From NCBI GenBank assembly GCA_016180065.1, contig JACPBY010000001.1, positions 100,851 through 164,850 on the forward strand: a DNA stretch of 64,000 bases, given 5' to 3'. Below, in pieces: positions 1 to 10,400 of this stretch. Within the stretch, counting starts at the first letter, position 1. Each line of letters begins with the position of its first letter. This DNA comes from Candidatus Woesearchaeota archaeon (GTDB lineage: Archaea > Nanobdellota > Nanobdellia > Woesearchaeales > UBA10216). The position numbers and the translations under genes were made by a program. Under the pieces are notes generated by a model. That model did no database searches, was not told the DNA's origin, and saw only the letters and a list, made by a program, of their open reading frames with translations.

Positions 1-1
1 C

Positions 2-877
2 TATAAGGACATCTACAAACTTCTTCTTTTTGCAGACAAACTCCCCCTTTTCATTCGGCTCCGGCTTATACTCCGAGCAGACCTCCTCCAGCCTGCAGCA
101 GGAGCATGTGCCGGTAGGGTAATCGCAGGTGTAGCTCTTCTTTGGAGGAGGGAAATTCTCATCCCAGTCAAGGCCGCTCATGCCGTCAATTGAGGAAACA
201 ACGCTGCGGATATCTTTCTCTGTATTGCCGACAAGAGATTGTGCAACAGCCGCAATGGAATTTCCGTCAGCAACAACATCGCGGCCCAGTTTTTCGGTAA
301 AGCTTGGCTTTACCCCGTATTTGATGTTTGGCATTGAGATTGTCACAGGCTCCTTTGCCCTGCCAATAATTTCAGTGCTGCCCTGCTTAACCTCAAAAGG
401 CTCATAGCTGAAAGGAACCTTAACATCGCTTTTTTCATTGAAGCCGGATATGAAACTGCTGAAGGGAGGAGTAAAGAGACCAATAAGGCTTGCTTTCATA
501 GTTTCTTCATAAGGGTAACAGCCGCTGGGATTTACAGGCAGGGGAACGCAGGAGTTCTCGGGAAGGATGTTGTCCTTTGCCCAGTAGCTATGGCCGTTAA
601 TGCCGCCGCAAGGAGGATTAGATGAGAAAAAGCCATTTTTCCCGTAACTGACTGCTGCCTGCTCCAGTGCAAGCCTTGCAGAGTCGTCAACGAACAGCAG
701 GGCTTTCTCGGCATTTGCGTAAGTTTTCAGTATCCTGAACTGCTCTGAGCCGAGGGCAAGCCCTGACCTGAGATGGTAGTCCTTGGTGAACAGGCTGAAA
801 ACCACAAAGCCAAGGAGGAATATTGCCATGATGGTGATGGTGGCAACATAATAGTCAAGCCCCTTCTTGTTCTGCAT
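2..877 (-). CDS. prepilin-like (class III signal-type N-terminus) surface protein; the C-terminal part runs off the left window edge
   Basis: I translated the minus strand by hand from the ATG at 877. It reads MQNKKGLDYYVATITIMAIFLLGFVVF... and stays open to position 2, so it is missing from the track because it has no stop in the window. KKG is followed by about 20 hydrophobic residues. A Cys-rich stretch (CDYPTGTCSCC) lies near the edge. Confidence 0.6.
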   Translation of the reverse strand, partial: MQNKKGLDYYVATITIMAIFLLGFVVFSLFTKDYHLRSGLALGSEQFRILKTYANAEKALLFVDDSARLALEQAAVSYGKNGFFSSNPPCGGINGHSYWAKDNILPENSCVPLPVNPSGCYPYEETMKASLIGLFTPPFSSFISGFNEKSDVKVPFSYEPFEVKQGSTEIIGRAKEPVTISMPNIKYGVKPSFTEKLGRDVVADGNSIAAVAQSLVGNTEKDIRSVVSSIDGMSGLDWDENFPPPKKSYTCDYPTGTCSCCRLEEVCSEYKPEPNEKGEFVCKKKKFVDVLI

Positions 878-912
878 TAACTTATTTGCGTTTGCCATTT
901 GCTTCATTGCCC

Positions 913-1752
913 TCAAGCCTGCGGCAGCCACGACTTGAATTCATGATAATACCTGAACTCGACCTTCGCCAAGCCTGAATTTGCCACGGGAATAGCCTGG
1001 ACAGCCTGGCTTGAAAACCGCCTTGCCGGCTTTCTGGCTGTCCTGCCAGCCAAAACAGCACCACTGGCTTCTTCATACTCCTTGTTCATCTGAGGCACCA
1101 TTATTTCCGGAAAGTACCTGATGCAAAGCTCAAAACCAGACCTGCCGCACAGGTCTTCATTGCTGCTGGGCTTAAGGTCTTCAGGGTCAAAGTCAACGCC
1201 TACCGGCAAGAGATAAAACATAAATTCACCCCTTTTAGGGTAGTCCTTCACAGACCTGAGGAACATAACCGCGGTCACTGCCCTGAAAGCATCCCATACT
1301 TTTCCCCGGTCCTCGCCGGAATAATAAAGCGCATGCAGGCCGCTTATGAACCCAGAGTAATCCTTGCCTTCATAAACCTCAGGATATGCCTCCAGGATTT
1401 CCCTTGCTTTCTTTAAATCGAGCTGCTTTTTCAGTTCGGTAATGTAAGGATTCTTATTTTTGTTTTCTTCCAGCCATTGAATCTTTTCCAAAAGCTCATC
1501 CTTGCCGGGCAGGTCTGTCCTCAAGTAGCTGTCAAGCTGCGCGTCAGCCTTGGCAAAAGAAGCAAGGTTGACATCAACATCGAGGCTTGCCCTTGCCTCC
1601 TTGTTTTTGAGGAACTGCCCCCCGAGGTTCAATAGCAGGATAAGTATTGCAACGCTGACAAAGAAAAGGAGGTAAGACGCTATATCCAGAAGGCCGAACT
1701 GGCCTTTTTTGAAGCGTTCCGAAATATGCTTTGCACTATGTTCTTTCCCCAT
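913..1752 (-). CDS. prepilin-like membrane/surface protein
   Basis: I moved the start to the internal ATG at 1752, 14 nt after the upstream stop. N-terminus: MGKEHSAKHISERFKKGQFGLLDIASYLLFFVSVAILILLL. Confidence 0.55.
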   Translation of the reverse strand: MGKEHSAKHISERFKKGQFGLLDIASYLLFFVSVAILILLLNLGGQFLKNKEARASLDVDVNLASFAKADAQLDSYLRTDLPGKDELLEKIQWLEENKNKNPYITELKKQLDLKKAREILEAYPEVYEGKDYSGFISGLHALYYSGEDRGKVWDAFRAVTAVMFLRSVKDYPKRGEFMFYLLPVGVDFDPEDLKPSSNEDLCGRSGFELCIRYFPEIMVPQMNKEYEEASGAVLAGRTARKPARRFSSQAVQAIPVANSGLAKVEFRYYHEFKSWLPQA

Positions 1753-1765
1753 TCTTTTTTTCCTC

Positions 1766-2305
1766 TCAGCCGGAAGCAATAAAGACCGTCTCAACGACAT
1801 AGCCGGCAGTCCTTCCGGTTGCAGGGTCAAGCACAGCAGCATACCTTACATCACTGTAAACTGCCTTGCTGCCTTCTCCTTTGCCGCCTGCCTGGGCCAG
1901 GGGCTGCCAGCGCTCATACCTGTCCTTGTCAGTATAAATGGCCTGGCCTGGCTGCTGGCCGAGCTGGTAGTCAACAGCAGCCTGCTTTTTCACAAACCGG
2001 CCAACAATCAATGGCTTGTCATTGACGAGCAAGTCCCCGAGCCGTTTGGTGCTGAAACTTTCAGAGTCTATCACGCCAGTGTAAACCCTGCCTGTATCGG
2101 GGTCGGATTTGGAAAAGCCATTCCCTGAATAATAAGCCGCGCTTGCAAGTATTTTTGATTCTGCATCGTAAACATTCGTCCTTGTCATGATAAATGAGCT
2201 GATGACCCAGAAAATCGTGGCAACAACCACGATGGTGTAAATGAACCTGGGCACCCACATAAACATCTTGTATGAGAGGCTGATTCCTCTCTTGCTTTTT
2301 AGCAA
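1766..2305 (-). CDS. prepilin-like membrane/surface protein
   Basis: Track ORF 1766..2353. The likely start is an in-frame TTG at 2305, just after the upstream stop at 2319. N-terminus: (M)LKSKRGISLSYKMFMWVPRFIYTIVVVATIFWVI. Confidence 0.5.
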   Translation of the reverse strand: MLKSKRGISLSYKMFMWVPRFIYTIVVVATIFWVISSFIMTRTNVYDAESKILASAAYYSGNGFSKSDPDTGRVYTGVIDSESFSTKRLGDLLVNDKPLIVGRFVKKQAAVDYQLGQQPGQAIYTDKDRYERWQPLAQAGGKGEGSKAVYSDVRYAAVLDPATGRTAGYVVETVFIASG

Positions 2306-2318
2306 GCTATGCAAATGT

Positions 2319-2804
2319 TTATGCAAATGCCGCATTCCGTTCCACCGCAGCATTGTCTGCCATCACAAAAAGATTCCCATCCCTGTTGCCAAGATGCACG
2401 AGTGCAGGAGCCTCGCTTCCCGGGCTGGGAATTATCCGGTAAGCCATCTTGCTGCCTTCCCTGTTGCTGCCAAAGTAGTCATAGACCCCGGCAACATTAT
2501 CGGATTCACCCAAATTTTTCCTGACCCGCACCATGTTGTCCCTTATTTCAACAACATACTTGTAATCCCTCATGGAGTATGTGTACTCAATATCACCCGG
2601 GGCAGCGTAAACAGCATCCAACGCAAGCGCTATGTCCCTCGCTATGTAATTCTTTTCAAGAGTTTCGCCCTTAAGGTCATTCACAGCCTTGTCAAGGAAT
2701 GTAAGAGTTATAATCGCGGCAAGCACAAGGCCGGCAACAATCATCCCTGTCTGGGTTGTTATTGCCTCTCCCCTTTTCCGGTTAAGCCTGCAAACGCGCT
2801 TCAA
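2319..2804 (-). CDS. prepilin-like membrane/surface protein
   Basis: Track ORF 2319..2849. The likely start is an in-frame TTG at 2804, 5 nt after the upstream stop at 2809. N-terminus: ..LNRKRGEAITTQTGMIVAGLVLAAIITL. Confidence 0.5.
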   Translation of the reverse strand: MKRVCRLNRKRGEAITTQTGMIVAGLVLAAIITLTFLDKAVNDLKGETLEKNYIARDIALALDAVYAAPGDIEYTYSMRDYKYVVEIRDNMVRVRKNLGESDNVAGVYDYFGSNREGSKMAYRIIPSPGSEAPALVHLGNRDGNLFVMADNAAVERNAAFA

Positions 2805-2808
2805 TTTC

Positions 2809-3396
2809 TTATGCCCCTGTGATGCGAAGCTCTGCCCCTGCTTTTCCAAGCCTGACCGACAATGTCTTTAACCCCCTGACATACAGCTGGTTGTCGTTTG
2901 GGGTGTCATCCATGACATTAACAGCGGTTATGGCAGAATACTCATAAAAAAGCTTGCAGTCCCTTCCGCGATTATGTTCAGCGTCAATCTTCAGGCAGCC
3001 CTCATCTATGCATACGCACAGGCAAGACTGGCCGTTGCACTCCGGAGGGCTTTCAGCACCGTTGTTAATCTTCTGGTTCCTGTTAAAGCTCATGAGGAAG
3101 AGGCCCTTGTCCACCGAGAATGAGTGGGGAAGGTTATTTGCCGTTACCATGTTCCCGTTTTCATCCTCAATCTGCGTGCCAAGCATGTCAATCTTGCTCA
3201 TCATGTCAGCAAAGCCCCTGTCTACAGAATAGGCATTCGCTGTTGTTCCCCCAACTGTCAAGCCAAACATCCTGCCACCTATGGGCAATATAACGAAAGC
3301 AACAATCATGGCCGCTATCACCCAGCCGGCAGCCGAGAAGATGACCGTAGGGGTAATAGCGCCTTTCCTGCCCTTAACATTCAAAGCTTCATTCAT
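2809..3396 (-). CDS. prepilin-like membrane/surface protein
   Basis: I moved the start to the ATG at 3396, which overlaps the upstream gene end by 8 nt. N-terminus: MNEALNVKGRKGAITPTVIFSAAGWVIAAMIVAF. The protein contains a Cys cluster (CNGQSCLCVCIDEGC). Confidence 0.55.
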   Translation of the reverse strand: MNEALNVKGRKGAITPTVIFSAAGWVIAAMIVAFVILPIGGRMFGLTVGGTTANAYSVDRGFADMMSKIDMLGTQIEDENGNMVTANNLPHSFSVDKGLFLMSFNRNQKINNGAESPPECNGQSCLCVCIDEGCLKIDAEHNRGRDCKLFYEYSAITAVNVMDDTPNDNQLYVRGLKTLSVRLGKAGAELRITGA

Positions 3397-3664
3397 TGTT
3401 TTCTTCCCTGATAACGCAGCAGTAGAGTTGGCCAGTGCAACCCAAGCCCTTGATTTCCTGGCCATCAGGGCACTGGCTGGGGTTGGCGCCGCCCTGAACG
3501 CACTTATATTTCGGCTCGCACTGGTTCACCTTGTTCACGCTGCCCATTATGTTTCCAACCCCACCCTTGAAAATGGCAATGACTATCAGAATTACAACAA
3601 GCACAACAGCAGCAACAGCCACAGTTTCAATGGACAGGGCTGCGTTTTTCCTTCTCAAAACCAT
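3389..3664 (-). CDS. small type IV pilin-like protein (91 aa)
   Basis: N-terminus: MVLRRKNAALSIETVAVAAVVLVVILIVIAIF. If cleavage follows Ala, Glu sits at +5 as in bacterial T4 pilins. The C-terminal globular part is short and Cys-rich. Confidence 0.6.
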   Translation of the reverse strand: MVLRRKNAALSIETVAVAAVVLVVILIVIAIFKGGVGNIMGSVNKVNQCEPKYKCVQGGANPSQCPDGQEIKGLGCTGQLYCCVIREENNE

Positions 3665-3670
3665 ATGGCT

Positions 3671-4456
3671 TCACCTCTCCAACGCGTCATCAACGCTTAC
3701 GCCGCTTGGCGACGACTTCCGTGGAACCGGCACAGGCTTCACATCCTTTGTTTCATTCAGTTCAGAGACAAGAATATCGTATCTTGCCTTTAAAAGAACA
3801 TACCAACTCTCATAGGAATCAACAGCCAAGCCAAGGTGGTCCTGGACAAACTGCCTTGTCTCAAAGTCATTTATTGGGCCGATTGGAGGGCCGTAAACCC
3901 TAAGCCGCTTTGCGAGATGCCTGGAGCGCTCAGCATGAATCGCTCCAGAAGGCAGGCCAAGACCATAATAAGCCTCTTCAATGACTGCAAGGTTTTCCAT
4001 AATGCCGGCAAGCCCTTTACCGCTGCCAAGCAGCTGCAGGGTTTTGCCATCAACATACTTCCCGGAGAAGTTAAGAAGCTCGTGCTGCTGGATTGCAGTT
4101 TCAAGCTCCAAAGTCATAAGGTAAGGGACAGCCCTCATGGCATTCCCCTCATCAGGAGGGGCGGCAAGCATGACAGCCCAGTCATAGCCTGCAAGGTTTC
4201 TCACATCAACCTGAGCCTCAACATCCATTGGCGAAGTAAACACAAGCTCTTCAGTGGCAAGTGCCGGGATTTCAGGCCTGGCACTTCGCTTGGAAAATTC
4301 AAAAACCGCGAAAACAAGGATGGCAACAGCCAGGATAACCACAGCAGCAACTGCCAAAGCCCTGATGTTCCTTGGCCTGCCTGCACTATACTGGCTGTAC
4401 GGATAATTTCCCTGCGTTCCCTGGTATGCCCCCTGATTCCCGTAAGGCTGGTACAT
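3671..4456 (-). CDS. single-pass membrane protein with a Q/Y/G-rich N-terminal tail
   Basis: 261-aa ORF: MYQPYGNQGAYQGTQGNYPYSQYS...RNIRALAVAAVVILAVAILVFAVF. It sits inside the co-directional cluster and I recognise no family. Confidence 0.55.
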   Translation of the reverse strand: MYQPYGNQGAYQGTQGNYPYSQYSAGRPRNIRALAVAAVVILAVAILVFAVFEFSKRSARPEIPALATEELVFTSPMDVEAQVDVRNLAGYDWAVMLAAPPDEGNAMRAVPYLMTLELETAIQQHELLNFSGKYVDGKTLQLLGSGKGLAGIMENLAVIEEAYYGLGLPSGAIHAERSRHLAKRLRVYGPPIGPINDFETRQFVQDHLGLAVDSYESWYVLLKARYDILVSELNETKDVKPVPVPRKSSPSGVSVDDALER

Positions 4457-4479
4457 TTGTGTGTTCTCCGCGTTAAAAC

Positions 4480-7400
4480 CTAAGATGCTGCTGCCAGCTT
4501 CTTCACATTCCCAAGCTCCATTTTCCTCAAGCCGTTAAAGCTGCTTATGTCTTTGGCATCCCAAAGCAGCTTCTGAACTTCAAGGTCTGTCAAGCCGTTT
4601 TCCCTGAAAGACCTTGCAGTGTCGTATGCCAACCCTGCATTTTCCAAAAATTCATCAGCCTTTGCGTTAAAGATATCATCCTCATCCTGCTCGCTCAATG
4701 CGCCGCTCACTTCGATGTTTGAAGCCATTGGGGCAACTACGCTGCCAAGCCACTCCTGCCTCTCTGTGCTGAAGCCCTCAATGTTAAGGGCGTTAAGGCT
4801 TCCAAGCGCAAACTTCTCAATGCTGGCAACCGGAAATACGGCAGTGCAACCGCGGGAAACATGGTCATCTATCGTGGCTTCAACAAGGACATCGTAGTAC
4901 GAGCACAAGGCCACCTTGCCGTCAGGAACGCTGAACTGCTCAGGGTCCAGCACAGGATTTCCGAGGTCATGGTCGTAGCCGTTCTGGAACATGACAAAGG
5001 CAAGCTCCTCTGAACCGTCATCATTAACAGCAACCACTGGCACAGCAACCTTAATCTCTTCTGATGCCATGAAGTCCTCTGCAGACTGAATGTATGCCTT
5101 TGAAGTGTCAAAGCTGGCTACTGCTGCCGGTGGCAGGTACATCGCAAGCATAGCCCTGAACTGAGGCTCAAGCGCCTTGTTTTTCACGACCTTTGCAAAA
5201 GGAACGGCGTAGTCAACTGCGAATGTATGTGCAGCGCTGACGGCAGTTCCTGCCCCTTCTGCCAGAGGCCTCAAGGCAGCGTAAGCAGTATCAGCAGCCC
5301 TGGCCTTAAGCACAACAAGCTGGTTAAAGAATGAGGGGAAATGCTCGGGCACAAGGGAAACCGAGCCTGTTTCCCTGCCTAGGACAGCAACAAGCCTGCC
5401 TCCCTTGTCATATATTTTTTCTCCCGGGGTTATCAGATTCTTTATGCCTGCTATCTCTGCAACAAGCTCCTTTAGCTCTTTTTCAACATCAGCCCCGCCA
5501 CTTATTCCCTCCCCAAGGCGCTTCTGAAGCACCCTGCGCTTCTTGAACAGCTCTGCAAGGCCCTGCTTTTTCAGCTCATAAGCCTTCACCATCCTTGCGG
5601 AAGCAGGGTCAATGCCTGAGTTAAGCACCCTCACGGCATCTGCATCCTCTGTTATGCCATAAGCCTTTTTGAGATAAACATCAATGAACTTTTTTCGCAG
5701 GTTAGAGTTTGCTTTTCCTCCCTTGGCCAGCAGCTCGCCAATCTCACCAGCCGTAAACTCTTCCCGCTGCACGAGCTTGAGGACATTCTTTATGCTCACT
5801 TTGTCATTGAGAAGCTCAGGAAAGCTATCCATAACTGCCTGATACCTCTCAGCCAGCCTTGGGCCAACATTATCAATGCTGCCAATGGTTGCCCTGAACT
5901 GGTAAGTAACCATGTTCCCATCCCTGGCAAGGGCTACGAGATAAGGCCTTTCATTCTTTCCAGTTGTAAGGATGAACTCAGCCGCAAGCTTCTTCAGCTT
6001 CATGGCCTCCTCCATTGACTTTGCAGCCTCCTCAAAAGCTTCAGGCGAAGCCTTTGCAATCATAACCTGCTTTGCAAGCCTCGGGTTGGTTATGCCGTGC
6101 TCAGGCCCCAGCCAGCCGTTCACAGCCTTTATGACTGCAGGGTCGTCATCGGCAAGCCTGGCAGGATTTTTCAAAACCTTCAGCACCTCATCCTTATTCA
6201 GGCCGCCCTGCAGGAGCTTCAGTGCCATCTCCTGATTCTTGGGCTTTGCAAATACAAAAGGATGCTGCGCAACGAGAGTAGTGTAGGCTTCCTTCACTTC
6301 CTTCACCAGGTCATCATACCTTGCTGGGTTGTTTGCGAGCGAGTTTTCAAACGTCTTCAGGAACCTGACTCTGAGCGTTTTCCCTGTTGCAAGCTCTGCT
6401 GTTTCAAAGCTTTCAAACCCCGCCTTAACCCTGCGCGCCTTCAGCACCCTGATGGGCTGTGCCGCAATTTCGCGCAGAACATTCACAGCTTCTTTTGTCA
6501 ATCCGGTTGCGGATTTACCAAACTCCCTTGCAAGGATTGCCGCATTTTCCCTTGTTATCACAGCCCTGGACTGCGAGGCAGCCTTAACCACGAGTTCCTG
6601 TGACAACGAGCCGGTTTTCCCGGCAAGTTTGACCATCTGCCTGCTCTTCGCAACAAAGCCTGCAGCAGATGCCTTGCCAACGCTCATGAGCGCTTTTGGG
6701 CCGCCAAACATGTAAAACGTAGGGTCACCGAATATGTCTATGGCCATGCCCTTTGACAGCACCAGAGCCCGGTGGCCAAACGATTTCAGGTTGGCAACCT
6801 TGCTTCGGGCATCAACTGCATAGTCTGACTCGGGGAAATAATCAACAACAACATTGTACATCTCAATCGCCATGCCGTCATCGCCAAGCCCCTTAAAGAA
6901 CCCTGCAACCTCATAGTAAATGTCATCAAGGACATCATACTGCCTATCATCGTCTTTCCCTGAAAAGTCGTCGTACTTTGCAATAGCAAGAACAAGCGGT
7001 GTGTTGCTTTGGGCTATGGCATTCTCATCAGCCCACTTTTGCTCTGATACAAACAGCCCCATGCTGGCAGAATAGCCGCCTACCGCGTCAAAATCCTTCA
7101 CAGCCTGGTCTCTTACAGCCTTGTCCTTGCTGCTCATGGCAACTTCCAGCTTTGCCCGGTAAGCCATAAACTGCTTGCCTATGCTGTCATATTTCTCGTT
7201 AAGGTAATAATCCTTGGCCTTGCTCAACCTTAACTCGTTCATCGTGCCAACAACAGAAACAAGGGGCGTGCCCTGCTCAGCGTCAGCCATCAGCTTTTCT
7301 ATCAGGTTGAGCTTGCTTTCCCGGGTCTGAAGCTTTGAGCCTTCAATAAACATCTTTACCGGGTTAATAAGGTCAAAAACAAAGAAGAAACCCCCCATCG

Positions 7401-10400
7401 TGTTTGCCTCTATGTTCTGGTTCATCACCCCTGTTATTACAGAAAGGACAGCGATTGCCTTCTGGTTAACTTCCTGCACAGAATGCGGCTCGCAGCACAC
7501 CTTGCCAACAGGCATTGTTACCCCATAGCCTGCTTTTTCTGCCGGGCAGGCATAAGGCGCAACAGAGCCGCCAGCAGCCCTGCACTCAACATCATACTCG
7601 CACGAATAAATGCAGGGGCTTTTAGTGAACTCCGGTTTGCCATAGTCAACAATCCCGCCGCAAAGGAACGACGACAGCTTTCTGGCTTCTTCTTTCTCTG
7701 CAACTATTGCTGTTGTAGTTCCATCGCTGTTGCATTCAAACACAACCTCCTCGCTGGCCTTGCCAAGGCATCCTACCCATTGCGCCCCAACCTGCATTCT
7801 TTCCCTGCAGTCAGATGAGGCAGCTGGAGTAAAGGAAGGCAAATCCAAAGGCCTGCCGGTAACGTCCACTGCAGAAATTTTTATCGGCTTCGGGGAAGGC
7901 TCAAAAAACAGGTTGTTCCACTCGCGCCTGCAGGTGTTGCCCAGCCAGTCGCACGGCAGGATGCTCCACTCTGTTGAATCAGCCTGCTGCATCCTCAGCC
8001 ACCTTAACGGCTGGGTTGAAGTGATATCAATCACAAGCTTAAACAGCTCTCCAGGCAAAGGCTTCTCAGGAATTGTTTTTGGCTCATCGCCGGTATAATG
8101 GGTTTCGGGCATAATAGGCTGGATGTTTGCTGCCCTGCCGGTTATTTTAACCCAGCCGCGATTTTTCAGGTTGTTTGCAAGGTTCTTCCTGGCCTTGCAG
8201 GTGTCGCCGGTGTCGGGCTTGCAGCTTTCTATTGAAAGGAAGCCTTTCTGCTGTTCTTCGCCAGGATACTGCTTTTTTATGGCAGCCTCATAAAGGGCAT
8301 GGACTGCCTCGGGCCTGCAGCCTTTGCCATCTTTGTAGAGCCTGTCAAAGTCACAGTCGAACAATGCCTTTATTTCCGGGTTGCTGTTATAGATGCCTTT
8401 CGCAACGTCATTCTTCCTGATGAACTGGCGCTTCTTTCCAACAACGTTGCAGCCGTCCTGCATCTTGAACAGTGAGTTTTTCCCGCAGCTTGTGGCATCA
8501 GAATCGTAAAGCTCTATGTAGCGGTCATCGTAAAGGTTTACCGTTGCCGGGGATGGGCCTGAGGCCAGCTCATACTTTATGCTGTCCAAAGCCTTAAGCG
8601 TGAACCTGTGCGAGCCGTCATACGTGCTGTCAAACGGGCCTATCCTGATTTTCTCGTAAACATTACCGCCGGTTGGCGCAACAGAAACAGGCAGCACGTT
8701 CACGAACTGGTCTTCCCTGTCCTGCGCATACCTCCTGTGCTCGTGCTTTATCTCAAAGCTTTTGATGCTTTCAACAGGGCCGCTCAGCACCCAGCTTGCG
8801 CTTATCGTGCCGTCAGGGTTTGGAACAAGCCTGAAATCCTGCACCCTGACTTCAGAAGGCGCCAGGATTATTGGAGTATTAGCACTAGCTTCCTGCCAGC
8901 CTTTTTTGTTAAGCTCTTCAGTCAGCACACGCCTCGCAGAGCAGACTTTGCGCACATCACCTTCAAATCCCGCCTTTCCCAGCTTTAACGCGCTGTCAAG
9001 GTCGCAGTTAGAGCCAGTAACCTTATCATAACTGGCAGAGAAAAACTTCCCCATCAGCTTCTCATACATCAGATTAACAGCTTCAGGAACCTTGCAGTTG
9101 TCCATGCCACTGCCTTTTTCGTAAACGCAGCCAAGCTCATCAAACTTTGCCTTTATGCCGCCATAAATCTCCTCAGCAGATGGCGAAACTTTTTTGATTA
9201 ATGCCTTCTTATTCCCGATAACATCACAGTTTGCTATGCACCAGTAAGATTCAGTATATTGAGTCTTGGGTGGCTGCTGGTAATATTCAATGAACCTTTG
9301 GTTGTAAAGCCCAACGCCTGCCTTTACCTCGTTTGACTTGAAGTTACTGTCTGCATTGCTTGTTGCGGATATCGTGAACTCATGCCAGCCCAGCTGATTC
9401 TCCCTGGGAACTGCATGGGAGAAGGAGCGGGTTGCAGGGCCCTTTTCCAGGCGCTCAGGGGATGATGTTACAGACTTGATTTCATTGCCTTCCTTGTAAA
9501 TAAGCCTTGTAACAACATGATTTATCTCAAAGCCCTTCACGTTGTTTTTGCCGACAGGAACAGACCAGCTCACGGCCATTACGCCATTCTCGTCGCTCTT
9601 CACGGCTGCGCTGTCAAGGTTTGGCTCCCTGTTGTCGAGGTAGCTTGCTATAACCCTGCCGTATTTCTCATTCCTGTCCCCTGCGGAACCAGAGATGGCC
9701 ATCTGCTTCCATCCCAGCTTATCCCGCAGATGCTTTTCCAGGCTGTTGGAGCACTGCGCAAAATCATTTTTTACGTCTGCCTTCACGCTGTCAACAGTCC
9801 ATTTCTTGTTGTCCCACAGCTTTTCAGCAGCGTTCATGAACTCTGTCAGCGCATCGACCTTGGCTTCCTCACAAACCCTTCGGTAGAAGTCAAATGCTGC
9901 CGCCTTCTGGTAAACATCATTGATCTGGGCTGCTGTGCACCCGTTGAAAGTAATAGGCCCAATGCTTCCGTATGCCTGCATTTGCGAAGGGGCAGGGTAG
10001 TCGCAGCACTGGCCGCCATCGCACGTCCTGCCAACCTTACCGCCGTTTTTATTGACAAGCTCATTGTAAATAATCATCACGCCTTCCCTGCACTTTTCCG
10101 GAATGTTGCTCCCAAGTTTCGCTATCAGCTTTGCCCGCTTGCACTCAATCACGTCACAATCGCTGCAGCCACTAACAGGATTGTCAAAGAGCTCAAGATA
10201 GCTTTCGTCGTAGAAGCCAAGCTCAAACCTCTTCACGTCCTTTGTGCTCCCGTCCTTTTTGAGGACAGCAACGAACGTGTACCAGCCCGGCTTGAACTTC
10301 CCGCTGAGCGTGGAAACGCCGCCCATGGCCTGGCTGACTGTTCCACCGCAATCAGCTTCATCAGCAGGGCACTTTACATTAAACTTCTTTTCCAGCTTCC